This document shows, piece after piece, positions 35,012 through 45,014 of a stretch of 64,000 nucleotides of DNA. The translations under genes and the position numbers were made by a program. This DNA comes from Croceibacterium sp. (lineage in GTDB: Bacteria > Pseudomonadota > Alphaproteobacteria > Sphingomonadales > Sphingomonadaceae). The notes beneath the pieces are model-generated. The model was not told the origin of the DNA and searched no databases. It was given only the letters and a program-made list of their open reading frames with translations. The stretch's first letter is position 1; the number at the start of each line of letters is the position of its first letter. The stretch is taken from NCBI GenBank assembly GCA_039927815.1, contig JBDSUJ010000034.1:1170-65169 (forward strand), read 5' to 3'.

Positions 35012-36252
35012 ACGATACCGTGAACCTGCGGGCCAAGGCACGGGCGACGATAGCGGTCTGCACCGCGATTTATTTGCTCGACGGCCTGATTCATACGATC
35101 CTTGGTCCGCTCGCGCCCGACATCGCGCGCTCGCTTTCGCTCGGCAAGGCAGAGCTCGGCCCGATCTTTTCCTCAAACCTGATCGGTCAATGCATCGGCC
35201 TGGTGGTGTTCCCGCCGATTGCGGATCGCATCGGGCATCGGCTCACGATTGCGCTGGCAGTACTAGGCTTCGCGGTGGGCCAAAGCGCCAGCGCGCTGGC
35301 CGAGGGCGGTACCAGCTTGTTTGCGCTTCGCTTGGCGACAGGAGTGTTTTTGGGTGGATGCCTGCCAAGCTGCCTGGCGCTGGTCACGCAGGCCACCGAC
35401 CCGGCGCGACGCGGGTTGTCTGTCCTGATTTTGTTCACCGGTTACGGACTTGGCGCAGCGATCGCCGGAGCGGTGGCCGCGGGTTTCGCGCTCTACGGCG
35501 GCTGGCGCATGAGCATGATCGCGGTCGGCGCGGTCTCGTTTGTCGCGGCTGCGGCGGCCTGGCTTGCCTTGCCTGACGGCCGGGCCGAGTCCGAGCCGGC
35601 GCTGGTGCACGGCGCCTTTTTCAAACTCCTCGCATCGGACTTTCGCGTCGGTACGATTCTGCTGTGGCTCATTTTCGCATCCATGCTGACGATCAGCTAT
35701 TGCCTCAATTCGTGGCTGCCGATCATGCTGGTGGAGGCCGGGCACAGCGAATCGTTCGCCGCGCTTTCGATCACGATTTTTGGCTTTGGGGGCGCGATCG
35801 CGGCACTCCTGGTCGGGCTGCTGATCGACCGCCACGGTGCAATTCCCGTCCTGATCGGCTTTACCGCCGCGGCGGCGGCAACGCTGTTCGCCATCGGTCA
35901 GATGCTGACAACCGCATCGGCACCGGCGCTGATTGCAATGCTCAGCGCCGCCGGCTTCTTCAGCCTGGGCGCCTATGGCGGGGTCAACGTCGTGCTCGCC
36001 GATTTCTATCCGCAAGGCGTGCGTGCAACCGGCATCGGGTGGGCCAAGAGCGTCGGCCGGCTGGGTACCGTGATCGCGCCGATCCTGATCGGTTTCGCGC
36101 TCGCGGCCGGTGTCGCGGGTTCGTTCGTTATCTCGTTGTTCGCGATCCCTGCACTTGTGACGGGTGTGGCGCTTGCGGCCATCTCGACAACCCGGCCGTG
36201 GCGCAGTCGACCGGCAACGGGCAGGCGGGCAAGAGCCGCTCCCTCGATCTAA
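35008..36252 (+). CDS. MFS transporter
   Basis: 414 aa, about 12 hydrophobic segments. The loop motif PPIADRIGHR lies between TM2 and TM3. GTGA overlap with the BKACE gene. Confidence 0.85.
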   Translation: MNDTVNLRAKARATIAVCTAIYLLDGLIHTILGPLAPDIARSLSLGKAELGPIFSSNLIGQCIGLVVFPPIADRIGHRLTIALAVLGFAVGQSASALAEGGTSLFALRLATGVFLGGCLPSCLALVTQATDPARRGLSVLILFTGYGLGAAIAGAVAAGFALYGGWRMSMIAVGAVSFVAAAAAWLALPDGRAESEPALVHGAFFKLLASDFRVGTILLWLIFASMLTISYCLNSWLPIMLVEAGHSESFAALSITIFGFGGAIAALLVGLLIDRHGAIPVLIGFTAAAAATLFAIGQMLTTASAPALIAMLSAAGFFSLGAYGGVNVVLADFYPQGVRATGIGWAKSVGRLGTVIAPILIGFALAAGVAGSFVISLFAIPALVTGVALAAISTTRPWRSRPATGRRARAAPSI

Positions 36253-37272
36253 ATCCGCAGCAAACGCGCCGCGTTGCCGTATTCGATCGCGGCGAGCGCC
36301 TCCGGTGCAAGTCGCAGCCGGGCAAGAGCGGCGCGCGACGCGGCCAGGGTGCCCCACGGGAAGTCGGTGCCATAAAGGACGGCGCCTTCGGGCAGCCAGG
36401 TCCGCAGGGCGGCCATGGCGGGCGGACTGGTGACGCTCGCCGTGTCGACGTAAATCTTTGCCAGCGCCGCAGCGGCTCCTTCGGGAACCCGCGCGCCGAG
36501 TTCGCGATTGACGAAGCCCATCGCGATCACCCGCTCGGCCACCATCGGGAAAATCCCGCCGCCGTGGGAAAAAGTGAACCGCACCGACGGGCTTCGGCTC
36601 AATGTTCCTGACCACAACAGGCTGGCGATGGTCCGCCCGGTATCGACTAGGAACTCGATCAGCGGAGTCGCGACGTCGCGCACCAACCCGGCGCAACAGG
36701 GCGCGTTTGGTGGGGTGGACGTAAACCGCGATCTTGCGGCGTTCAAGCCATTCGAACAGCGGGCGGAACTCCGGTTCTCCCAGGTACCGGCCGCCGTAAT
36801 TGGTCAAAACGCCCACTCCACACGCGCCGTCGAGCGCCAGCGCTCGCTCGGCTTCTCGGATGGCACCGTCGACGTCGGGCAGCGGCAACGCGGCGAAAAA
36901 GCGAAAGCGGCCCGGGTGCGACTTGCCGAGCGCGGCGGCGTAGTCGTTGCAGTCACGCGCGACACTCCGCGCCTGGGCGTCATCACCAAAATGGACGCCG
37001 GGCGAAGAGATCGACAGTACCGCCGTGCGCACCCCGGCTTCGTCCATTGCCGCGAGCGATGCTTCGGGAGCCCACGCCAGTACCGCGCCGACGCCGGTCG
37101 CGAACATGTCGAGCCAGGATTTGGCAAGCGGTTTGTAAAACGGCGGCAGGAAATGATGGTGGACGTCGATGGCCGGGGTAGCGGGCGCTGGCGCATCTTC
37201 GGCGCGGACCGGGGCTCCCACCGTCAGCGTCGCGGCCGTCCCGGCAAGCATGCTTCTGCGCGTACAAATCAC
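36249..37272 (-). pseudogene. Amidohydrolase_2 (ACMSD/LigW-like metal-dependent hydrolase/decarboxylase) with a Tat signal, interrupted by a +1 frameshift
   Basis: The N-terminal ~190 codons (MICTRRSMLAG...IDVHHHF...IAVYVHPT) and C-terminal ~155 codons (...EFLVDTGRTIASLLWSG...RFTFSHGGG...YGTDFPW) belong to the same family but sit in different frames. The span is 1024 nt (3n+1). The frame switch lies at GTCCACCCCACCAAAC (complement of 36705-36720). Confidence 0.65.
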
Positions 37273-37378
37273 GAACCAAACATCCAGGCAGCCATCGGCG
37301 CTATCCCATTTATTCTCTTATGCAGGAATTTTATCGGCGAAACCGGCCGGGCGTGCAATAGGCGAGCGCGGAGGAAAC

Positions 37379-38644
37379 ATGAGCCCGAACGGTAACGGAC
37401 CCGCTGGCGATTTCGCTGATGTCGCTAGCGGAGAATTCGCGCGCGGATGGAAAGTCCTCGGCGGCGCGTCGTTCGGAGTCGGCCTCGGCATCGCCGGCCT
37501 GCTGACTTACAACTTGGGGCTGTTCACGACCGACTTGGGAAACGAGATCGGCTTGCGTCCTTCGACTTACGGCGCAGCGCTCCTTGGCCTCAACGTGGCG
37601 TTGGCGTTCGCCATGCCCGTGGTCGGGCGCATCGTCGATCGTGTAGGTTCGCGAGCCGCCGCCGCTGTGGGCGCGGCAATGCTGTCCGGCGGCTTCCTCG
37701 CGCTGTCCCGGGTCCAGTCGGTGACCGGCTATGTGGCGGTGCTGATCCTGATCGGATTCCTCGCCAGCTTATCCTCGCCCGTCGCCCATACGCGGGCGGT
37801 GGCCGAAAGGTTCACGCAACGCCGCGGCCTGGCGCTTGGCATCACGCAAGTTGGGATCGGCCTTGCGGCCGCGTTGGTGCCCCCCATTGTCGCGGCTCAG
37901 ATTGGTAGCGGCGGCTGGCGCAGCGGTTTTTTGCTCCTCGCGGGGCTCGCCGCCGCCGGCGTCGTCCCGGCGGTCCTGGGCTTGCCGGGCAAGAGAGCGG
38001 GCATCCACCGTGATCAGGGTGCACGCGAAGAGGTGGTTGCTTCACCGTGGTCGTCCCCGACCTTTCGCCTGCAACTCGCCGCCTTCACAGCAATGTCGCT
38101 CGCCTTCATCGGAATCATCGCACACTTCGTGCCGATGCTGCGAGCCAGCGGGTTGTCACTGGTCGCGGCGGGGGCGCTGGCCGGGATGATCGGTTTGTCG
38201 GTGATCGTCACCCGCCTGGTCGTCGGGTGGCTCGCGGACCGGGTTGAGCCGGCGTGGCTGGGCGCCGTGAGTTGTGGAATCTGCGCGGCGGGAGCGACCG
38301 CCCTGGGGCTCGGGGGCGCCCGCCTGGCGTTGCCCGCCGCACTGGCCCTGGGATGTGCCATCGGGGCCGAGGCCGACCTTATCGGCATCCTGACAGCCAG
38401 AAACTTCCCGTTGCGTGGCTATAGTCGCGCTTACTCCGCACAATATAGCGCCTTCACGCTGGCCGCCGGGGTCAGCCCTTTGCTGGTCGGCGTGATGGCT
38501 GAGGCTACGGGGAGCTACCGTATTCCGCTGCTCGCTAGCGCTGCCTTGTTGACGCTCCCGATCGTACTCTTTGTCCTCCTTGCGCGGCAACGCGGCACCC
38601 CGCCGGCTGGCAATTTCGCGGATCCGCAATCCCCCACCAAATAA
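37379..38644 (+). CDS. MFS transporter
   Basis: Start ATG 37379 follows GGAGGAAAC. 421 aa with about 12 TM segments and the motif VVGRIVDRVGSR. Confidence 0.85.
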   Translation: MSPNGNGPAGDFADVASGEFARGWKVLGGASFGVGLGIAGLLTYNLGLFTTDLGNEIGLRPSTYGAALLGLNVALAFAMPVVGRIVDRVGSRAAAAVGAAMLSGGFLALSRVQSVTGYVAVLILIGFLASLSSPVAHTRAVAERFTQRRGLALGITQVGIGLAAALVPPIVAAQIGSGGWRSGFLLLAGLAAAGVVPAVLGLPGKRAGIHRDQGAREEVVASPWSSPTFRLQLAAFTAMSLAFIGIIAHFVPMLRASGLSLVAAGALAGMIGLSVIVTRLVVGWLADRVEPAWLGAVSCGICAAGATALGLGGARLALPAALALGCAIGAEADLIGILTARNFPLRGYSRAYSAQYSAFTLAAGVSPLLVGVMAEATGSYRIPLLASAALLTLPIVLFVLLARQRGTPPAGNFADPQSPTK

Positions 38645-38710
38645 TTCTTGATGCCCGGAATAAATATTCCTATCGTCGATAATTATAAGAAGAGGCGTGG
38701 GGAGATGGAG

Positions 38711-41209
38711 ATGGGCAGGAAGCTATTCCTAGGTGTGTCCGCGGCGGCGCTGATGTGTCCGCTGCATGCTCTGGCGCAAGACGCGGCGCCCGTACCGCAA
38801 AGCACGCCGCAAGCGAATTCACCCAACGGGGCCGCCGTGCCCACGGCAAGCCCGCAGGCAGAGGGCGAACTGGGCGAGATTGTCGTGACCGCGCAGCGGG
38901 TTGAGGAAAGCAGCCAGCGCGCGCCAATCGCGCTCGACGTGATTTCCCCCGAGGAGCTGGTGCGCCAGAACGTGATCCGCGCGGAGGATTTGTCCCGCAC
39001 GAGTACCGCCCTGTCCGCCACGGGCAGCACGGGCGGGCCGACAACGGTGTTTTTCGTCCGGGGCGTCGGCAATGCGACCGTCAACGCCTATTCCGATCCG
39101 GCGATCTCGTTCAATTACGACGGCGTCTATATCGGCAGGCCCAGTTCGACCTCGGGCGTGTTCTATGATCTGCAGCGCGTCGAGATTCTCAAAGGTCCGC
39201 AAGGGACGCTTTACGGCCGCAACGCCACTGGCGGCGCGATCAACGTTATCCCCAACCGTCCCAAGCTGGGCGCCACTTCGTACGAGCTCTCGATCGGGTA
39301 CGGGAACTACAACTGGCTGACCGGGCAAGTGGCAGTCAACGCGCCGCTCGGTGACAAGGTGGCTGTGCGCCTGGCCGGCTCGATCTCAAGTCGCGATGGT
39401 ATACAGAGTGACGGAACCGGCAAGCAGCGTGAATACGCCGGTCGCATCCAGATCTATGCCGAACCGACCGACCGCCTCAGCTTGCGCCTGGCCGGCGATG
39501 CTTCGCACCAGGGCGGCAGCAGCCTCAGCGGCTTCTATCTCGGGAAGGTCGATCCCACCTTCGGCCCGACCGGGTTCGCCGGATACAACTTTACGCCTAT
39601 CGGCTTCTCCGCCCAGCAAGGACAGTTTGATCCGGCTTCGCAGGCGCTGCTCGCTTCGCGATTCGTTTCACAGGCAGGCCGGGCCGGCCAAGTCATCGAC
39701 GGAATCCCGTTCAACGATGACGACTACTGGGGCGTCACGGCGGAACTCAATTATCAGACCGACGCGGGCACGCTCACAGTCCAGCCTGCGTACCGAGAGG
39801 CGCAGCTCGCCTATCAGTTTAACGGCGTATTCCGCGGGGCGTTCTCGGCCGAGAAGGACAAACAAACCAGCGTCGAGGCCCGGTGGGCGGGCGATATCGG
39901 CAATGCGATCGATTATCTGATCGGGGGCATCTATTTCGACGAGAAGATCGCCGCCACCGCGCGCTACAACCAGCACACGCTGACACCGTACCAGAATTTC
40001 TCCACCAGCACGGAATCGTGGGCCGGGTTCGGCAAGGTCACCGCGCACTTGACCGATCAGCTGAGCCTGACAGCGGCGGGCCGCTACACCTCGGACAGGA
40101 AGAGATTCGACGGCACGTCCAACGTCTATATCCTGTTCTGCGGCAATCCCGCTCCTCCGCAGGATTTCTGTCCCACACTGCCGTTCGTCCCGGTGCTCGA
40201 TACCGAACAGCAGTTCGTCGATTTCTACACTTCGCGCGGTATTCCGATCACTCCGGTGCCGTTGTTCGTGCTGCCGCCGTTTGCCGGTGGATCGCAAACC
40301 GCGCCGTTCGTCTTGCGCTCACCCATCGTGATCAACTCGGGAATCAAAAACGAGAAGTTCACCTATCGACTAGCCGCGCAGTACGACGTCACGCCGCGCA
40401 ACATGTTCTATGCCAGCTTTGAAACTGGCTACCATGCCGGCGGCTTCTCGTTCGCGCGCGGCGTGGAAAGCTATTTGCCCGAGACGATCGAAGCCTACAC
40501 CCTGGGCAGCAAAAACCGGTTTTTCGGCAATACCCTGCAGGTCAACCTCGAAGCGTTCTGGTGGAAATACAAGAACCAGCAGTTCAGCCAGTTCGGCTAT
40601 GACCTGGGCAACCCTCCGGCGACCGTGTTCCTCACCCGCAATATTGGCGATAGCACGATCAAGGGCCTGGATTTCGACATCGACTTCAAGCCGATGCGCA
40701 ACACGCTGTTGTCCGCCTCGGTCCAATACCTCGACTCGGTCTACGACAGCTTCACGTACTTCGTCCCCAACCAGGGCCTGCCGCCCGTTTCCACGTGCGC
40801 CTTTGCGCCCATCACCCAGACCGTGAACGGGGCTGTCCTGGCGCTGTATAAGATCGACTGTTCGGGCAAGCGGGCGTTCAATTCGCCGCGCTGGTCATTT
40901 ATCCTCAATGCCGAGCAGACCATACCGCTCAACGACTTCCAGATCGTGCTCCAGGCCGGCACCCGCTATCGCAGCTCGAGCTATTCGACGGCCGACTACC
41001 TGCCGTATCTGCAAGCGAAAGCGAATTTCGTCAGCGACGCCTCGATCACTTTCAGCGACAATGATGGCGGCAGGTTCGTGAGCGTGTACGTGCGCAATAT
41101 CGAGGACAGCCAGCGGCAGCTGGGCGGGACCATCAATACCGCGAACCTGGTCGTCTCCGCGGTCGAACAGCCGCGGACTTACGGTGTACGCATCGGCGGC
41201 AAGTTCTAG
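38711..41209 (+). CDS. TonB-dependent receptor
   Basis: Signal peptide MGRKLFLGVSAAALMCPLHALAQD (alternative ATG at 38705). Plug motifs GEIVVTAQR and VEILKGPQGTLYGRNATGGAINVI. C-terminal ...YGVRIGGKF. Confidence 0.9.
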   Translation: MGRKLFLGVSAAALMCPLHALAQDAAPVPQSTPQANSPNGAAVPTASPQAEGELGEIVVTAQRVEESSQRAPIALDVISPEELVRQNVIRAEDLSRTSTALSATGSTGGPTTVFFVRGVGNATVNAYSDPAISFNYDGVYIGRPSSTSGVFYDLQRVEILKGPQGTLYGRNATGGAINVIPNRPKLGATSYELSIGYGNYNWLTGQVAVNAPLGDKVAVRLAGSISSRDGIQSDGTGKQREYAGRIQIYAEPTDRLSLRLAGDASHQGGSSLSGFYLGKVDPTFGPTGFAGYNFTPIGFSAQQGQFDPASQALLASRFVSQAGRAGQVIDGIPFNDDDYWGVTAELNYQTDAGTLTVQPAYREAQLAYQFNGVFRGAFSAEKDKQTSVEARWAGDIGNAIDYLIGGIYFDEKIAATARYNQHTLTPYQNFSTSTESWAGFGKVTAHLTDQLSLTAAGRYTSDRKRFDGTSNVYILFCGNPAPPQDFCPTLPFVPVLDTEQQFVDFYTSRGIPITPVPLFVLPPFAGGSQTAPFVLRSPIVINSGIKNEKFTYRLAAQYDVTPRNMFYASFETGYHAGGFSFARGVESYLPETIEAYTLGSKNRFFGNTLQVNLEAFWWKYKNQQFSQFGYDLGNPPATVFLTRNIGDSTIKGLDFDIDFKPMRNTLLSASVQYLDSVYDSFTYFVPNQGLPPVSTCAFAPITQTVNGAVLALYKIDCSGKRAFNSPRWSFILNAEQTIPLNDFQIVLQAGTRYRSSSYSTADYLPYLQAKANFVSDASITFSDNDGGRFVSVYVRNIEDSQRQLGGTINTANLVVSAVEQPRTYGVRIGGKF

Positions 41210-41253
41210 CCGCACCGCGGCGCATACAAACTGATCGGACGGAGAGAAAAAGC

Positions 41254-42162
41254 ATGTCGGCGAGAGTGAACGATCTCCACTACGTGGGACTGGCGGTGCC
41301 CGATTTGGCCGCCGAGCGCGAGTTCTTCGCCGATACGTGGGGGCTGGTGGAAGTCGGCGAGCAGGATGGGAAAGTCTATTTCGCCGCGGAAGGGTCTCCT
41401 CATCCCTTCGTCATCCGCTTACGCCAGGATGAGGAGAAGAAGACTGACCTGATCGGATTCTCGGCCGAATCGAGAGACGATGTCATCGCGCTGTTCGCGC
41501 AAGTGAAGGCGGCCGGCGCCAGGATCATTTCCGACCCCGCACCCGCTGAAGGGCCCGCCGGCGGCTATGCGTTTCGGTTCTTTGATCCCGACGGCCGTGC
41601 GATCGAAGTGATCTGCGATACCCAAAAGCGCCAGCATCGCGCCTTGGCACGGGGGGAAGCTATTCCGATCGGACTTAGCCATGTCGTCCTCCACTCCCCT
41701 GACATCGGCAAGCTTGAGACCTTCTATCGCGAGGCGTTGGGCTTCCGCCTGTCGGATTGGATCGGGCAGTTCATGGTCTTTCTGCGCTGCAATTCGGTGC
41801 ACCACCGGCTGGCGATCCTGCCCGGACCCCCGGCGCTCAACCACGTGGCCTTTGACGTGAGTTCGGTCGACGAGTTGATGCGCGGGCTCGCGCGGTTGAC
41901 CGAGAAGGGTGTCAAGCTGTCGTGGGGGCCCGGTCGCCACACCGCGGGCAACAACACCTTCACTTATTATCTGACGCCGAATGGAAATGCAGTCGAATAT
42001 ACTTCGGATCTCGAAGACGTAGATGACGAGAATTGGGTGCCACAAACTTATGAGGCGACTCCGGCGATTACCGACCAGTGGGGAACCGGCCGGATCATCA
42101 CCGGAAACGTGCCCCATGCCGAGATGACGCCCGACAAGGGCCTGTGGCAAGTGCCGGTCTGA
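41254..42162 (+). CDS. Type I extradiol ring-cleavage dioxygenase (VOC superfamily, two-domain)
   Basis: 302 aa with two glyoxalase-like modules. L.HVVL...D...FY...LGF..SD, HHRLAI, LNHVAFDV and GPGRH....N.F.Y...P.G...EY are typical of catechol 2,3-dioxygenase-like enzymes. Confidence 0.85.
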   Translation: MSARVNDLHYVGLAVPDLAAEREFFADTWGLVEVGEQDGKVYFAAEGSPHPFVIRLRQDEEKKTDLIGFSAESRDDVIALFAQVKAAGARIISDPAPAEGPAGGYAFRFFDPDGRAIEVICDTQKRQHRALARGEAIPIGLSHVVLHSPDIGKLETFYREALGFRLSDWIGQFMVFLRCNSVHHRLAILPGPPALNHVAFDVSSVDELMRGLARLTEKGVKLSWGPGRHTAGNNTFTYYLTPNGNAVEYTSDLEDVDDENWVPQTYEATPAITDQWGTGRIITGNVPHAEMTPDKGLWQVPV

Positions 42163-42170
42163 GCGAGCGC

Positions 42171-43289
42171 ATGATCGCAAAAGCTTTGGTGGTCGGCGGC
42201 GGCGTCGGCGGAATGAGCGCGGCCCTGGCCCTTGCGCGTAGCGGCGTTGAGGTAGAGCTCGCCGATGCCGATCCGCAGTGGCGCTCCTATGGCGCTGGCA
42301 TCAGCGTAACCGGGCTGTCGCTGCGGGCGTTCGACGACCTCGGGCTGCTGGGCGAAGTACGCGAGAAGGGCTTCGTCGGCGCGGGCATTCGCCTGCGCAA
42401 CGTCGGCGGCGGTTTGATCATGGAGAGCCCGCCTGTCGCCGCCGATGCGCTTCCGATATCGCGGAGCGGCGGGATCATGCGCCCGGTCCTGCACGACATC
42501 ATGTCACGGCGCGTGCGGGCTAGCGGGATAGCCGTCACACTTGGCGCCGAAGTCTCGCGCTTCGAGCAGGACGCGAACGGCGTAGCTGTCGAATTCCCCG
42601 GCGGCCGCACGGAGCGTTATGACCTCCTTGTTGCCGCAGACGGCATTTTCTCCAAGATCCGCCAGCAGCTGTTTCCCGTGGCGCCCGCGCCGCAGTTCAC
42701 CGGCCAGGGATGCTGGCGGATAGTGGCGGACCGCCCGGCGGGAGTCGATCGCCCCGAAATGTTTTTGGGTGGGCCGGTCAAGCTCGGCTTCAACCCGGTC
42801 TCACGCGACAAGATGTACGCCTTTATCCTCGAGCACGTGCCCAGCAATCCGCGATACAGCGCGGAAGAGCAGCTCGGTCACGTGGCGGACTTGCTCGCCC
42901 CATTCGGCGGCTACGTCGCTCAGGTCCGTGAGCAGCTCGGGGAGAACTCGATGGTCAATTACCGGCCGCTCGAGTGGGTCTTGCTGCCCGCTCCGTGGCA
43001 TCGCGGCCGGGTCGTCCTGATCGGCGACGCGGTCCATGCCACCACGCCGCATATGGCGTCGGGCGCCGGGATGGCGGTCGAGGACGGACTGGTGCTCGCC
43101 GAGGAATTGGCGGCCAACGACGATCTCGAGCAGGCGCTCATCGCCTTCACGGCGCGCCGGTTCGAACGCGCCCGGATGGTGGTCGAGAACTCGGTCCGCA
43201 TCGGCGAGATCGAGATGGCGGGCGGCAACCAGATGGATGCCAACGCGATGCTGGGCGATACGATGCACAAACTCCAGCAGCCGTACTGA
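42171..43289 (+). CDS. FAD-dependent aromatic monooxygenase (salicylate/3-hydroxybenzoate hydroxylase-like)
   Basis: GxGxxG (VVGGGVGGMSAALALARSG), DG motif (LLVAADGIFSKIR), and GDAVHATTPHMASGAGMAVEDG. Confidence 0.85.
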   Translation: MIAKALVVGGGVGGMSAALALARSGVEVELADADPQWRSYGAGISVTGLSLRAFDDLGLLGEVREKGFVGAGIRLRNVGGGLIMESPPVAADALPISRSGGIMRPVLHDIMSRRVRASGIAVTLGAEVSRFEQDANGVAVEFPGGRTERYDLLVAADGIFSKIRQQLFPVAPAPQFTGQGCWRIVADRPAGVDRPEMFLGGPVKLGFNPVSRDKMYAFILEHVPSNPRYSAEEQLGHVADLLAPFGGYVAQVREQLGENSMVNYRPLEWVLLPAPWHRGRVVLIGDAVHATTPHMASGAGMAVEDGLVLAEELAANDDLEQALIAFTARRFERARMVVENSVRIGEIEMAGGNQMDANAMLGDTMHKLQQPY

Positions 43290-43303
43290 AGGGGCGAGAC
43301 GAC

Positions 43304-44263
43304 ATGGCCTATGGGCTTGCTACGGTTATCATCGATCATGCGCCGCACGCGGTCCTGGTGCGCGACGATCGGTTTGTGCCCTTGCGCCACTGGGGGGAAG
43401 AACGCGACCTTCTCGAGCTGCTTGGCGATTGGGACACGGTTGTCGTTCGGGTGCAGCAATGGGCCAGCGACGAGCGCGCCTTCGCGGCAGGGCAAGACTT
43501 CGGCTCAGCGCAAGTGGAGGCGCCTTATCGCCCAGGGCAGGTGTTCTGCACCGGTGCAAACTATAAGAAGCATGTCGTGGGCCTGATCATGGGCGATCCG
43601 TCGATGCGCACGGCCGAGCATGAAAACCTGTCTCCTGACGAGCTGCGGCAGCGGATCGAAGCGATGATGGACCAGCGCGCCAAGTCGCTGCCGTTCGTGT
43701 TCCTCAAGCTGCGTTCTTGTGTCGTCGGACCCCAGGCCGATGTGATCATGCCCCGGAATGTCGAAAAGCCGGACTGGGAGCTCGAGCTTGGCGTCGTGAT
43801 CGGCAAACGCGCGCATCACGTGCCGGCCGCCGAGGCCATGGACTACGTCGCCGGCTTCGCGGTCGTGAACGACGTGACCGCACGCGAGCACATCTTCCGC
43901 CGCGACGGCTCGGCAATCGGGGCCGACTGGCTGTCGGGCAAATGCTTCCCCACTTTCCTGCCCTTCGGGCCCATGATCGTGCCGCGCAGCCAGGTCGCCG
44001 ATCCTTACGACCTCCAGCTGACGCTCAAGGTCAACGGCAAGACCTATCAGGACGAAAACACGTCCGACATGATGGCGTCCATCGAGCGGCAGATCGAATA
44101 CCTGTCCGACCGCGTCGTGCTCGAGCCCGGTGACCTCATCTGCACCGGCTCGCCGTATGGAAACGGCTCGGCGTTCGGCGTCTTCCTGAAACCGGGCGAC
44201 CAGATCGAGGCTACGATCGACGGACTCGGTACGCAGCGGAACAAATGCGTCGCCGAGAGCTAA
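43304..44263 (+). CDS. Fumarylacetoacetate hydrolase (FAH) family protein
   Basis: GANYKKH, DWELELGVVIGKRA, GFAVVNDVTARE, GDLICTGSP.G. Confidence 0.85.
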   Translation: MAYGLATVIIDHAPHAVLVRDDRFVPLRHWGEERDLLELLGDWDTVVVRVQQWASDERAFAAGQDFGSAQVEAPYRPGQVFCTGANYKKHVVGLIMGDPSMRTAEHENLSPDELRQRIEAMMDQRAKSLPFVFLKLRSCVVGPQADVIMPRNVEKPDWELELGVVIGKRAHHVPAAEAMDYVAGFAVVNDVTAREHIFRRDGSAIGADWLSGKCFPTFLPFGPMIVPRSQVADPYDLQLTLKVNGKTYQDENTSDMMASIERQIEYLSDRVVLEPGDLICTGSPYGNGSAFGVFLKPGDQIEATIDGLGTQRNKCVAES

Positions 44264-44910
44264 CTGTCACGCCTGCGCAGACCTTCGGTGATCAGTTCGA
44301 TGACAAACGATTCATATCGGCGGCCCAGTTCGTCCATGTCGGTCTCGGGCGCCACCACCAGCTCGATCAGCGGGGCCCCGCTAGAGAAAAAGTCGCTGAT
44401 CCCGACTATGGCCAAGTGCAAGAACAGCGGGTCGAAGCGCCGCAGCACGCCTTCCTTGTCCAGTTCCTGCAGCTTTGCGTAGTTTGCGAGCGGCCGGCGA
44501 TTCCACTCGCGCATCTTCTCACGCACTTCCGGGGAACTGGCGGAATCCAGCTCCTCGATCATCAGCCGCTGCATGTGTTTGGCGGACCGCGTGAACCGGA
44601 ACGTGTAGTGAATCATGTCGCTCAGCAGATCGACCGGATCGCCTTCATCCGGCGGTGGGCGGTTGGCCTCGGCGCCGATTTGCTTGGCGACCTCGAACAG
44701 GAGATTCTCACGTGCACCGAAATAATAACGCACTAGCGACGGGTCGGCATTCGCGCGCCGGGCAATAGCCGAGCTGGTCACTTGCGCGGGCGGAAGTTCT
44801 TGCAAAAGCTCGCGGGCGGCGGCGATCAGGCTGTCACGACCTACGCCGCTTGCCGCCGCGGTTGGCCGCCCTTTGCCCCGCCGCTCAGGTTTGTCGCGCC
44901 CCGCTGCCAT
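44260..44910 (-). CDS. TetR family transcriptional regulator
   Basis: HTH segment SLIAAARELLQELPPAQVTSSAIARRANADPSLVRYYFGARENLLFEV. Start at MAAGRDKPERR. Stop codons overlap convergently with the FAH gene. Confidence 0.85.
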   Translation of the reverse strand: MAAGRDKPERRGKGRPTAAASGVGRDSLIAAARELLQELPPAQVTSSAIARRANADPSLVRYYFGARENLLFEVAKQIGAEANRPPPDEGDPVDLLSDMIHYTFRFTRSAKHMQRLMIEELDSASSPEVREKMREWNRRPLANYAKLQELDKEGVLRRFDPLFLHLAIVGISDFFSSGAPLIELVVAPETDMDELGRRYESFVIELITEGLRRRDS

Positions 44911-45014
44911 CCGGCCGCGTGCTACGCGTAACAATCCCGCGCGACAACCAAAGTTGCGACACAATATTCTTGCGAGAAGGAATTAGCGCTGTAGGTTCGA
45001 CAGCGGAGAGAGGA

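Noticed and set aside
35263-36700. C-terminal two-thirds of the 669-aa ORF 35263-37272 (minus strand)
   Set aside because: Arg/Gly/Asp-rich nonsense lying antisense to the MFS gene 35008-36252. Only the first ~190 codons are amidohydrolase-like. The true C-terminus is in another frame (see the pseudogene call).
36700-36725. Programmed +1 ribosomal frameshift in the amidohydrolase gene
   Set aside because: There is no recognisable slippery or rare-codon shift site with a stimulatory element. A simple indel in a C/A run (a mutation or an assembly error) is the more economical explanation.
38657-38670. Palindrome GGAAT-AAAT-ATTCC upstream of the TonB receptor at 38711 as an operator
   Set aside because: It has short 5-bp arms in an AT-rich promoter region and no second copy elsewhere in the window. 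I noted it but it is not supportable as a feature.
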